NCBI RefSeq assembly: GCF_964213995.1
Contig: NC_135801.1
Span: 90,334,001 to 90,398,000 of the forward strand
Direction: 5' to 3'
Source of the DNA: Mustelus asterias
Taxonomy: Eukaryota
Length of the DNA stretch: 64,000 nt
In this document: piece after piece, positions 1 to 12,416 of the stretch
Layout of the letters: every line of letters begins with the position of its first letter
Position numbering within the stretch: the first letter of the stretch is position 1
Translations under genes and position numbers: made by a program
Notes under the pieces: model-generated
Told to the model about the DNA's origin: nothing
The model's input: only the letters and a program-made list of their open reading frames with translations
The model's database searches: none

Positions 1-901
1 TTTCCCAAGCTTCAGAGATCCCAACAACGACTGAATCCATAAGATTTACAGCACTGCTTGTGGGCCAGGAAAAACAGGACTACCTCCCCAGCCCAACAGC
101 ATAGCTACTTCCACGATGTTACCCCCATCTTTCTCTTAATCCCGACCTTCCACTAGTTCCATTCTTTCCCATGATGATCTTTCACCCCATCACCACAATA
201 TTTGCCCCTAGCACGATCATTCTCTCTGCCATGTACAATATTTCCCTTTCTCCCCACGCTCCTAAACTGCACCCTTGTGCTGCAGACTTTCCCAGCAGTC
301 AGCCTGTCAGTCAGGTTAGTTGCCGTACAAGAAATCTTCAATTAATATCTGCAGAACGTCCAGGAAACCCACACTTCAGGGTCCTTTACTTCACTCCAAA
401 CGCGCCATTCTGTAAACATTGAGGCCATTAACTCTTGTTTCTCACTCCACGGATGCTGCCCAACCTGCTGACTGTTGCTAGCATTTGCTGTTTTGATTTC
501 AGATTTTCAGCATCCGCAGTATTTTCTTTTAGGTTAAGAAACAGCTTGGTGGCAGCAAGTTTTTAAAAAAAAGTTAAGGCAAAAGTTAAAAATCCAAGAG
601 TTCTGTGCATTAAGGGTTGCACTCATAGATTTCTGCCCAAGAGAGGGCTCACTTTACAGTAAAACGAACCAAACCTGAGAATCATTTTTTTAAAAAGCTT
701 GTCATATTTTTCTAAAGTACCTCTAATAAAGAATTATAAATAACTGGGGGGGGGGGGGGGGAAGACACCCAAAGGTTGAATCCAAAAAATGTAAACATTC
801 GAAGTGAGCTCCAAAGTTTTCGCTGGAGAAATTCGTTCTGCATTTGGTGCCGTTAACTTAAGCAATGGAAAGCTTTAACTCCTCAGAAGGTGGTCACATA
901 C

Positions 902-1460
902 CTCCAGCTCAGCAGAAGTCTAAGGAATGCATTGATTTAAACAGAGTAACACCCTATGCTGATACAATTGACAAGGAGTGTTACTGATGCAGACATTGCC
1001 CTATTTCACACACTGGAAGTTGCAGAGGCTTTGGAACTTTGTGTCGATCGGGGAGCAGCTCGCGAGCGTGAGGAGGAGCAGCTGGTTCCCCTCCCGGTCA
1101 GGCTGCAAACTGGGGGGGAATCTACCAGAGGCAGGCCCGGGGATAAGCCTGGGTGTGGATTTAATCAGCTGACCGTATGTGCTGCACGGCTGACCTCCGC
1201 AAGTTTCACTCAATCCCTGAGCTGACCCTCCCCGCCCTGCGCCAGGCGGAGGCTGCATCATTCAAACTCACACCTTTAGCTGCAGCTCACCGCGAATCGC
1301 TCACCGCCCCCTTTTGTTTTTACCTTTGCTCCTTCTCCCCGGCCGGGCCTTTCCCTCACTGACAGGCTGGGATCGATCACCTGGCGGCCGGAGAGCAGCT
1401 GATTGACAGCACTGCCGGGGGCGCGCCAGAGAGGCAGGGGCATCCAGGGCCAGCGCGCAC
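902..1460 (-). promoter_or_regulatory. CpG-rich island with a probable first exon of a leftward (minus-strand) transcript
   Basis: High CpG density at ~1040-1460 next to a (CA)n/(TA)n tract. Minus-strand donor CTGGAG|GTATGT with the exon ending at 902. Only short uORF-like frames. LDB2 lies on this side in other vertebrates, but no LDB2 coding sequence is visible. Confidence 0.4.
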
Positions 1461-2267
1461 TCAGTGCACACACACACACACACATATATATACACAGATT
1501 AACACACAGATATACACAATACAGATACAGGTTAATGCTCAACATATAAACAAGGTTTACACATCCAACGACCAACTGTCTCCACTTTCAGGACATTGTC
1601 CCTTATTTTAACTATTTGTCCCATGTCCCTCTTTTGTCCCATATTTCGAAGACAGCCTGCGAGGGAATGACCCTCCAGGATGGGTTTCTCTATTTTGACT
1701 GGATTGCAAGTGAGTGAGCAGAACAGAGATTATAACGTTGTGACACAGCAAGATAAGTTACATTTGTAGTTGTCAATGCTATTGTGGTCCCAACTCGCTG
1801 ACTCCAATCCCTTTCATTTTGAACTCCCCTCATCCCACAATCAAAGTGTCCCTTATTTCATAAGAGCAGTTCACCCTGACTGCCCCATCTCTTTCATTGT
1901 CTCTGTGTCTCCCATATCATTCTGTCATGTCTACCTTGTTGTCTTGTCCCTTTATCTTACTAACTGTGTTTTTGCGTCTTTCTGCCTCCCAGTTTGTCCA
2001 TTTTCCTCTGACTTCTGTTTACCTGACTCTCCCTCTTTACCTATTTCTTTAAGGTGTTGGTCTTTGATTGTGTGTCTTCCTCTGCTTTTCACCCAATGCC
2101 TTCCTGTTTGTCTCTTTTTCCCTCTGTCTCTCTGTGACTTTTCTCTGGCTATTTCCCTGATTATTTGTTTCAGTCTCTGTGTCCGACTATTTCATTTCTC
2201 TGCCTTTGTCTCTTACTGTCTACCTGTCTAACTTTATCCTATTATGCTTTCCCTCTATCTGCCTTTA

Positions 2268-2485
2268 GGAAGGCGGTGGTGCATTCATATTGTCGCTGGA
2301 CTAGTAATCCAGAGATCCAGGTTAGTCTGGGGACCTGGGTTTGAATCCCACCACAACAGATGGTGGAATTTAAACTCAATCAAACATCTAGAATTAAAAG
2401 TCAAATGATGACCATGAAACAATTATAAAAACACAACTGGTCCCTTTAAGGAAAGTAACCTGCTGTCCTTAACTGGTCTCACCGG
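2268..2485 (+). mobile_element. tRNA-derived SINE, 5' part
   Basis: A/B-box-like head (GGTGGTGCAT...GGGTTTGAATCCCA) and body GACCATGAAAC...CCTTTAAGGAAAG; same family as 39820-40170. Confidence 0.65.
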
Positions 2486-2559
2486 CAGGACAGATCCAGC
2501 AGAAGTGGTGGCACAATGGTACACAGTTGGGAGGGAGTCTCATGACACCAGGTCAAACA

Positions 2560-4172
2560 TGGGCAAGGAAACCTCCTGCTGATTAGCACATACCTTTCCC
2601 TCTCAGCTGATGAATCAGTACTCCTCCATGTTGAACACTACTTAAAGGAAGTACTAAGGGTGGCAAGGGCACAAAATCTACTCTGGGTGGGACACTTCAA
2701 TGTCCATCACCAAGAGTGACTTGATAATGCCACCACAGACTGAACTGGTCAGGTCCTAAAGGACAGAACTGCTAGACTAGAACTGAGGCAGGTGGTGAGG
2801 GAATCAATAAGGGGGAAAAACATTGTCCAGATATGTCCTGTATTCAAGAAACAAGAGAAATCCAACCTGGCCAATTACCACCCCATCAGTCTCAGTCATC
2901 AGCAAAGTGATGGAAGGTGTCATCAACAGTGCTATCAAACGGCACTTACTCAGCAATAACCTTTTTATGGACTCTCAGTTTGTGTTCCACCTGGGCCAAT
3001 CAGTATCTGACCTTATTGCAGTCTTTGTTCAAACATGAACAAAAGAGCTAAGTGCCAGAGATGATGTGAGAGCAACTGCCCTTGATATCAAGGCAGCATT
3101 TGACCCAGTATGGTAGCAAAACTGGAGTCAAAGGGAATCAAAGGGAAAAATCTCTGCCGGTTGGAGTCATACCTGTCACAAAGGAAAATGGTTGTGGTTG
3201 TTGGAGGTCATTCATCTCAGCTCCAAGACATCACTGCAGGAGTTCCTCAGTGTAATGTCCTAGACCCAACCTTCCTTCCATCTTATGGTCAGAAGTCACG
3301 ACACTTCAGACACTGAAGTGGTTTATGTCCAAATGCAGCATGACCTGGACAATATCCAGGCTTGGGCTGACAAATGGCAAGTAACATTTGCACCACACAA
3401 GTGCCACGCAATGACCATCTCCAACAAGAGAGGATCTAACCTTCACCCCTTGACATTCAGTGACATTACCATTGCTGAGTCCCCCACTATCAATATCCTG
3501 GTGGTTACCATTGGCCAGAAACTGAACTGTACTAGCCATATAAATATTGTGGCTATAAGAGCAGGTCAAAGGCTTGAAATCCTGCAGCAGGTAACTCACT
3601 TCCTGACCACCCCTCCCCACCCCGCAAATCCTGTCCATCATCTGCAAGGCAAAAGTCAGGAGTGTAATGGAATACTCTCCACTTGCCTGGATGAGTGCAG
3701 CTCAACAACACTCAAGAAGCTCAACGCTATCCAGGACAAATCAGTCACTTGATTATTAACTCTTCCACAAACATTCAATCACTTACCAATAAGAAACAGT
3801 GGCAGCCATGTGTGCCATCTACAAAATGCACTGTAGGAACTCCCAAGGTTCCTTAGACAGCACCTTCCAAACCCATGACCACCACCATCTTGAAATACAA
3901 GAGCAGCAGATACCTAGGAACACCATCATCTGAAGGTTCCCCTCTGAGCCACTCACCCATCCTGACTTGGAAATATATCGCTATTCCTTCACTGTCGCTG
4001 GGTCAAAATCCTGGAATTTCCTCCCCATCAGCACTGTGAGTGGATCTATACCTCAAGGACTGCAGCAGTTCAAGAGAACAGCTCACCACCACCTTCTCAA
4101 GTGCAACTAAAGATGGGCAGAAATGCTGGCTTAGCCAGTGGCGCCCATGTCCTGTAAAATGGAACAAAATAA
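2560..4172 (+). mobile_element. Decayed CR1-group LINE (RT remnant plus 3' UTR)
   Basis: ORF fragments ...DITAGVPQ..., QHDLDNIQAWADKWQVTFAPHKC; 3' end CACCACCTTCTCAAG...AAATGCTGG. Confidence 0.8.
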
Positions 4173-5348
4173 ATCCATCCTCTCTCTTCTGTGCTCTTTC
4201 TGCTTTTGTTCTTCTCTACATTCATTCCTACCTAAAGTTCTCAATCTTGTGGAAGCTACCTTTCTGTCCATTTGCCCATTCCTGTGTTTATGTATCTGCC
4301 AGTATCTTCTTGTCTTTGTCTTTCTGTCTGTCTTTGTGTCCATATCTCTGTCACTCTATCTCATACATTCCTGTCTCTTTTACAGACCAGGCTATCTCTG
4401 ACCTTTCCTCTCACATTCCTTTCCTGTGTGGTGCCTCCTCATTTACTAAAACATTGTACTTGGTGATGTGCTTGTCCAGTACACTTGCTGTAACTCCTGG
4501 AGATCTGTTCCCCAGTCAATATTCTTCAATATATATTTAATAAATTGAAAATATGAAAATATGAATTTGTAATTTAAAACATATTTGAAGTGAAGTGTAG
4601 ATATGTATTGATTTTAATTGGTCCCTGACAGGGTAAGGGAATTACTGAACTGAACCAGTATCAGCACATGCATTGCTGCAAATTGCTTGGTGCTCTATTT
4701 CACAAATTATCTCTCATTAACAAGTCATTTATTAATCACCAAAAACAGCAATTTAAAATCAGTTGTTGTTGAATATTTTCACCTCTAGAAGAACATCACA
4801 AACTTCATTACTCTTTTCATCAACAGGATTAAAGTACAGAACTGCAGAAAATGAATTCACAAGGAATGTAGCAATCCAGAAATTGGAAGTGTGTCTCTCT
4901 CTTTAAAGGTCCACGTTTCCAACAGAGTTAAGGTGGACTATACACAAGAAAGAGATAAAGACAATTGAATGCGATGTAGAATCTGCACAGACTTGTTTAA
5001 CGGTAAATACTCTGTAGACAATCTGTGGTTTGAAGGCACAAAGAATCAGGAAGTTTGCAGATTTGCTCCTCTATTTTGGTTTCTGAATCACCTGGACCTC
5101 AGACAGACTGATAATAGCAGCAATATTCCATTTTGAGAAATGAGCTTGGAGAACAAAGCACCTTGTTAAGGAACCAAGATTGGAAAGAAGGCGCAAGTGA
5201 CTAGGAGCTCCAATTTGGCTTCTAAAATCTGATGGTTGTGAACTGTCTGAATGAGGGAGATAGAGTCTTAGAACTTTGAATTTATGGGGTAGAATCAGAG
5301 GAACAAACTGCATTGTCTGGGCGAGCGGGAGATTCATTCAGGGTCTAT

Positions 5349-6440
5349 GGGTGGAATTTTACGAGATTTTTTCTAAGCGTCCAGCTAGTCTGAAAATGGA
5401 AGAATTCCAGATCCATTTTTTGGGTGAGTTTTCACGCCCAATCTTATGCATTCTGTCTCTGAAAAGATGGGCTAGTCAGTTTCTAGCTGGAGAGGCTGTA
5501 GGTGGGCATTAACTCACCAGACAGCCTGCAGAGGAAGGTATTGAACATGTGCAGACCTCTGGTGCTGCACATGCATATTAACAATAGTTGGGATCTGACA
5601 GACATAGAGAGAGTTGTCAGGCCCCTGCTATTGCAGGCACCCTCAACTAGCTACCCTCCCCCTGCAATCGCAGAGGCCCGCGCCCTGAGATGCAGCCCCG
5701 CCACCCCCCTGCTGCCTCCCCACCGCTCCCCCGCCACCTAGACCAATCGCGGATCCCGTTTCCTCTTCCACCGATCACATGTAGAGTGGCACCGGGCCCC
5801 CCGCCCCCCCCACCTCACCCATTGAAGGCATGCAGAATGGCAGCGGGCCCCCCTCCTCCATTGATCCACCCCCATTGGCCCATCTCCTTTGGTCCCACCT
5901 CCTGATCCACCCCATTGGTCCCCCCCGCCTCCCCCCCCCCCCCCCCCCCCCCCCCGGCACTGTCCCCACCAGCCCTGCCCCCGGCACTGCCCGGTGGGCA
6001 TTGCCCAGGTTCCTAGTGGGCATTGCCCAGGTTCCAGGATGGCACTGCCAGTCTGGTAATGCCCAAGGGGCACCCCCATCTTGCACTCGACCTCCCGGGG
6101 GGCCTCAATGGCTTCGAGTTCCACCGGTGAGGCCAACATGACTGTTTCCTGTTCATAGGGAGTAGGTGTTTTCCTCGCTGGAGAGAACCTCTCCTGGCAA
6201 GACCATAAAGGCAAGTGAGCCCAGACGATTGAGCGCCGGGCTCACTAAACACATTGAAATCAATATTTAAATAAATTAATCAGCCTCTCGCCCATTTCCG
6301 GCGAGAGGCTGACTGTGCTGGAAATCTGAGTGTCGTAAAATCCCGTGAAAACCAGCGCCATTAGTGCAAGCCGCTTACACCCAATTTTATGACATTTTCC
6401 TGCCACAAAACAGGCATAAAGAGGTCATAAAATTCCTTCC
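5349..6440. mobile_element. Non-autonomous GC-rich DNA transposon, PIF/Harbinger-like
   Basis: Imperfect TIRs GGGTGGAATTTTACGA...TCATAAAATTCCTTCC flanked by 3-bp TAT at 5346-5348 and 6441-6443; no coding capacity. Confidence 0.65.
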
Positions 6441-6449
6441 TATGTGTCT

Positions 6450-6572
6450 GCTCTGAAGAAGAGTCGGACAGACTCAAAATGTTAACTCTGTTTCTCTCTC
6501 CACAGACCTGCTGAACTTATCCAGTATTTTCTATTTTTATTTCAGATTTCCAGCAGTATTTTGCTTTTATTT
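6450..6572 (+). mobile_element. Short Penelope-type terminal-repeat fragment with a degenerate hammerhead core
   Basis: CTGAAGA-AGAGTC-ggaca-GACTC-AAAA followed by CTCTCCACAGA...TTTCAGATTTCCAGCA; related pieces at ~428-530, ~23035-23167 and ~37140-37325. Confidence 0.55.
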
Positions 6573-7429
6573 TAAGGTTAATAGTGGTCTGATTATTTGA
6601 CATAATTTGGTCCACATCCCCCTCTATTATGTACAACTCCTTCCAATATTGCCTTCCTTTCTCAACCCCACTGTTTGGTAGAGAATTTTCACAACTGGTA
6701 AGATAGCAATGTGTTTACACTTAGCAGACAGATTAGATTGCCTTGTAAAGGAGACAAGCTTCTCACAGCTGATAAATCCTTTCCAAACATTTTGATTCCA
6801 AAAGCATGATTCCCCATTGGTTGTCTATAGGGAGCTGCACCCAAACTCACAGCACATGTGTTCTCCTTTCAGTCTGCTCTCCAGACAATATCTCACTTCA
6901 ATAAAATATCCAGGTTGCCCTCCAGTTGTTTGAATATGGCTCCTCTCTGAATGATTCTTCTGCTTGTCAGCACTGTGTCAATCATGGTTCTGTTCAGGAA
7001 TATCGACCCCTCTGCATCCGGTTAGAGAGAAACCGGTTCATAGTATCCATCCCCACTTTTCTTCATTTTATTGATCACCTTGCTTATCAAAGTGAGAACA
7101 CATTTCAAAGAAAATCAAAAAGAAATCAATGACCAGAAACAAAGGATATTGGAGAAAAGGTTGGTAATAAAATGTGAAATGAAGGTGAACTAATGTTCTT
7201 CACTGGTTAAAATATTTTGTGGGAAAAGTTTTCTCACTGTGCCCCTCTGTTACATTTATATTGCTGATCGATTTTTTCTGAAAAACTTCATTTGAAAGTA
7301 TTTTCTAGTGATACAGCTTTTGGTCAGTATTGAAGTACTGATTGGTAAGCTGCAATATAATCCAGGAGAATTCGATGTGTTAAATAAAAAATATGAAGGG
7401 AAAGACTTGGACAATGTAGCACTTAGCAC

Positions 7430-7810
7430 AACCACCACCAGATGTCTCAAAAGACCTTTACAGCCAATGAAGTACTTTTTGAAGCATAGTCACTGTTGTA
7501 ATGTAAGAAATGCAGCAGCCAAATAGTAATGTGATATTGATCAGAGAATAAATTTTTGTTAGGGATAAAAATTGCCAGGAGACCAGGGGCATTTCTTTGA
7601 AATAGCACCATGTGATCTTTTCTTTTGCATCCACCCAAGTAGGCAGATAGGTTTCATAGATCATCTAAAATACAACACCATTGACAGTGCAGCACTGCAC
7701 TGGGATTGTCAGCTATAACTTTTATGCTCATGTGCCGGAGTGGGACTTGAACCCAGGACTTGGTAACACAGAGGCAAGAGTGATGTGGTAGTAACGCCAC
7801 ACTGCTGATG
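7430..7810 (-). mobile_element. Ancient Deu-domain SINE (AmnSINE1/SacSINE1-like)
   Basis: Minus strand reads tRNA-like GGTTCAAGTCCCACTCC, then CCCAGTGCAGTGCTGCACTGTC...GGTGGATGCAAAAG...GATCACATGGTGCTATTTCAAAG and an L2-type tail. Confidence 0.6.
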
Positions 7811-10800
7811 AATGTAAGACTATAACTGCATGCTAATTGTACTTGTTTGCCTAACAAAGGAAATCCCCTGAAGATCTCTTTCTTTGCAAAACAACTCTGC
7901 TTCACCACCTCTGGGCACCTTGCTCTTACACATTCAAGAATATATTTGTGAATCAGCCACGCAAATCCTTTGCCCTTTTCTGCAGGAGCTACTTTTAACC
8001 CTTGCATCAGGGCTGTCCGTCCACCATCCACAATGTGAGCTGAACGTATAGCAACCTGGAAATAGAGAGGAGTACAGGGTAGATTTTCACTTGTGCCTAT
8101 TGTTGGGTTCCAATGACATGAAAAGAAATACAACACAGTATGTTTTCAAAAACTTTATTCTTAATGATATTTTCAATGGATTTTCTCCTGAACCAAAGAG
8201 AATGGTTGCTACAAGTCACATGACTGCAAGGTTGACCTTTTGTTCTGACTACCACCAGAATTTACAAGAACAAAATAATTCTTCACTCAGCCTGTGGAAT
8301 CTCGTATCTCATTGTACAAACCCCTTGCAATCAATGAAAGCAAAGTAAGTACTCACAAACTGGTGAGCTAAACATGATTATCATGAAGAGAGAGGTCAAA
8401 ACTTATTATACTGGAAGAGATAACCACTTTGTCTTTCTCCTGAGGAGGAAAAATGGAATTCTGGCCAGAAGCACAGAAACTGATTGGCAAGCTGTCATTA
8501 GACCAGTGTCTAATCATGTTCAATTCTGACTTGTACAAGTCCACGAACCTTTCATGATATGCTTAGCTAAATTTTAAAGATGCCTTCTTAATAGGTAATG
8601 ATGTCAATCCCATACGGTACCATTATTAATATTTGTTATCACATATTACTCTTTTGCTCGTGATTAAGGCAACTAAAGTATACTTATTTCCAAAAAGAGG
8701 AAAGAGCACTAAATAATTCCAGTGGGTGCTACAATATGAAGTAATATTGTCTGTTTCAAATTAAGATCAGAGCTGTTTTTAATTAAGGTCTGTGGTGCTC
8801 ATGTATGTATTTTGAGGCTTCTGGGTAAAATGGCTATCTTAGCATGTAACCATTTCTCAATTCTAAAATATAATGTCCTAATTGTATATGAATTCTACTT
8901 AATGGCTATATTTTGCCTAAGAATCTTTGTAAATCTGTCACAATCCCCAGTGTCACATACACATTGAGGCCTGATTGGTATTCATAAAGATGCCAGCAAA
9001 GTGAAGACACCAACAAAGCCTGATGGTTAAAAGGGCTAACTCTGTAACAGGCTAAGGACTATGGGAGTAGCAAAGAACAGGATGGGCAGCTATTGAACAA
9101 GTATGGGAATTGATTGGACAGTGGCTGTTGCTGAGTCTTGAACAGAGAGTGATTGAACGCAAATCCCTGTGTGTTGTGTTCCTGAGAGAATTACAATCTC
9201 TGGCAGAGGCATAATTCCCAATATTTATGACCAAAAAGACAATGATTAATGAGTGTCTTCCCGGTGAGTATGTAACTGGAAGCATGATCAACGCTAACAG
9301 GATCTCTATCAAAAGAAGAGAAAAAGAGACATTGGCAGCAGTAACCCGGAACAAACCACTGTAGGAAAAGTCAGGGATTCAGAGACCTTGGAACCTTGGG
9401 AGGGAATCTGATTAGTTCACCTCACCATGTGTAGTATCTCAAAGTCCAAGTCATTAGTTTGGATATTTTGTGAAGTTTTGATGCCTTTTGAATACTTGTG
9501 CGTATAACGGAATAGGTTAGTTACTTTGTGTGTAAGAAGTAAGTCAGAGTTTAGTTACTTTGTGTACAACAAAGTTTGATGCTGGGTGTAATTTTGTGGT
9601 AACTTGGTACAGTACAATAAAGGAGATTTGTTGTACAATAATTCAAGAGTTTGAGTGTCTTTATTCATTGCATCAGTTGACCTGAGTTCAAGGACAACAA
9701 CATACACACACAAGCATGCAAAAAATACAAGTTACAAAGTAGATGTTAACTTTTGGCCAGGCTCTAGGGAGTTGGGAGGTAAGTTACTCCACATATGAGA
9801 AGCTATACATATGAGGAGAGAATTGAGATCCTAATACTATTTCTAAGACTAAGAGGGTCTTTAATAATGTTTTTACTATTTTGAAGGGTTTTGATAGGTT
9901 GAATAGGAATGGACTATTTTTTCCACTGGGGAATGTCAGTAGTGGCAGTCACCAATTCAAAGTTTGTTACCAGATCAGAACTCTCAGTCCTCAATATTTT
10001 TGATTCCTTGTTCTATTAGGGTATGAACGTAGATCTTATTTGGCCACTGTGGTCAATGCATTACGTTTATCATTTTTTTCACCACTAAAAGTAACTAACC
10101 TATTCCGTTATACGCACAAGTCTATTAGCATTGAAATACTTTTTTAAAAATTCCAATTTTGTTTTACATTTTCTTACATTGCCCTTAGTCTTTTCTCCAA
10201 CAACAACAAGTTCATCTTTCACAGTTTATGACATAATTTGAAATATTCAATGGAATTACAACCTAATAATTCATTTAGTTGGTGAAATTCTTTTTTGAAA
10301 GTAAAATACAATATCATCTGAAATTAATGGCAAACTAAGAAAATCATATTCCCCCAAATCATGTTACAAAGGCATTTATTTCTATGACTGTATTAACAAG
10401 AGGCTAAATTGGGGATTCTTCTGTTCTTTGCTGAAAAATCTTTTAGCTCTTAGAAATAGCTATTATGCTTTATATTGCATACAGTTGTGTACTCAGTCAA
10501 ATACTGACCAATTTACGTATATTCACCAATATACGTAATAGTTGGGAGTTATAGTTGTAAGCATGTAACAAAGTAGCAGTGAATGGTTTGTCTGCCACTA
10601 TATGTTATGTGCATTCTTCCCTAATTTTAACTCCCAGTAAATGTCATACATGTGCAACTGTTGTTGGGAAACTGTTTGGCCACAGCATGAAGCCTGGAAG
10701 CTTCATTAGAGATTTAAGGTAGCAGTTTTAGTGCCTTTCAGAGTATCTCCAGAACAAAGAACTGCTGTGGAGGCACAGGCAGGAGAGCATTGAAAGCTTC

Positions 10801-11211
10801 CTCAGAACAGGCCTTCTCTGTGATGCGAACTATTCCAATGTCATTCCCTGTTCTCCAATGGAGGGTCACTTCTCCCTACCCTGCCATAATTTCCAGTGTC
10901 TTTCGGCAATCCCTCCACTCTGCCTGAGCTTTCTCAGATGCGATTACCCATAGCAAAGTACATCGTGATGAAACCCTCGCCACCCCCCCCCCCCCACCCC
11001 CCCCCCCCACCTTCTAATTGCCACAGTTCTGCCAACCCAGAGTTCCAGAAATTCCTGTATCTGACCACTTTAAACAGTTTAATGGGTTTTGGTAAAACTG
11101 ATTTCCCTACGAAAATTTTAATTCTGTTCCCCATCATTTCTCACATCACAGAGAAGGCCTGTTGTGAGGAAACCTTTAATGCTGGCCAACGATTGGGAGG
11201 CCAGCAGTGTT

Positions 11212-11488
11212 AAAGTTAAAGTTTATTTATTAGTCACAAGTAGGCTTACATTAACATTGCAATGAACTTACTGTGAAAATCCCCTAGTCACCACACTCTG
11301 GCACCTGTTCAGGTACACAGAGGGAGAATTTTGCATGGCCAATGCATCTAACCAGCACATCTTTCGGACTGTGGGAGGAAACCGGAGCACCTGGAGAAAG
11401 CTCACGCAGACATGGGGAGAACGTACACAGACAGTGACTGAAGCTGGGAATCGAACCCAGGTCCCTGGTGCTAACCACTGTGCCGCCC
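11212..11488 (-). mobile_element. HE1/V-SINE-related SINE
   Basis: Minus strand GGCACAGTGGTTAGCAC...GGTTCGATTCCC...GGTTTCCTCCCACAGTCC...AATAAATAAACTTT. Confidence 0.8.
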
Positions 11489-11831
11489 GAGTGGGATGCC
11501 AGCAGTGCAGGGCCACTGCGCATGTGCCGATATCCGTGCTGACAGATCAGAACATGCATAGTGACCCGCTCAGCACTATGCTGCTGGCCTCTCCTGCGGG
11601 AATAGGCCCCGCCCCAGATTTTCAGAGGGAATCCCACACAGAGTGAGGGAGATTCAATTTGAAAATCCCACTGAAAAAACCAACGGGAGTTACTCCCATT
11701 TTCATGCAAATTGGGGGCTTAGAATTTTCTTGGGAGAATCCCGGCCAAAATCTGCATTTATACAGCACCTTTCACAATGTCTCAAAGCACTTGACAGACA
11801 ATTGAATTGTAGTCACTGGCATAAACGTAGG

Positions 11832-12195
11832 CAGGGGACGAGATTAGCCCATTGCACTTGGGGTATGCTGACGTCTGCGATCATGGTTTGCCCTGGCTAG
11901 GCTTGAGTAAAGGGTCAGGATAGACAATGAGATTAAACTGAGGTGTTGCCTGATGCAATTTTTCATAGCCATCTCGGCCTTTGGCTAAGGTGAAGCGTTG
12001 GATCAAGCCCGGGTGCAGGTGAAATGCCTCATCCTGTCAGCTTGGATCTTGTTGGATCGAGCCCAAGATGGGATGCAATGTCACGTTAGCTTGGATCTAG
12101 TTTGTCCCTCACGTGAGGACCATGATTGGACTTCATTTGAATTGGTGTTTTAGATTGGAAATAAAGTACCGAAAGGTACTAATAAAAAAAGTAGT
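11832..12195 (+). mobile_element. snRNA-derived (U1+U2) retroposed element, SINEU-like
   Basis: U1 stem-loop II-like segment 11836-11881 with ATTGCAC loop; U2 5'-like segment 11965-12004; internal hairpins; AATAAAAAAA tail; direct repeat ATAAACGTAGG at 11821-11831 and 12196-12206. Confidence 0.7.
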
Positions 12196-12416
12196 ATAAA
12201 CGTAGGAGATGTTAACAAATGGCAGAACAGGCTCGAGGGGCTTGCTGGTTTATTCCTGCTCCTAATACATATGATTGTTTATCATTCAGAGTGGATGAGA
12301 TGAGCTGGGCTCGATGGCCTTTATCACCCATAATTATCTTGTGAACAGGATCATGGCTGAACTTGTTTTGTTGCTAATGGAAGCTTAGAGAGCAGTTTTC
12401 ATGGGGTGAAATTACC

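Noticed and set aside
746-761. G/C homopolymer runs (also ~5931, ~10984, ~24827) as G-quadruplex elements
   Set aside because: Simple runs of uncertain length with no supporting context.
1770-4540. Hydrophobic ORFs 1770-2231 and 4040-4540
   Set aside because: Low-complexity CT-rich sequence with no splice structure or homology.
5690-6252. Pro/Gly-rich ORFs
   Set aside because: Arise from C-runs inside a non-autonomous transposon.
4850-8360. Scattered minus-strand splice-like signals (~6850-7080, ~8057, ~8357)
   Set aside because: No consistent reading frame or homology; unsupported without transcripts.
11832-12195. Functional U1 or U2 snRNA gene
   Set aside because: Only partial, rearranged segments; pairing motifs missing or altered; A-tail and TSD indicate retroposition.
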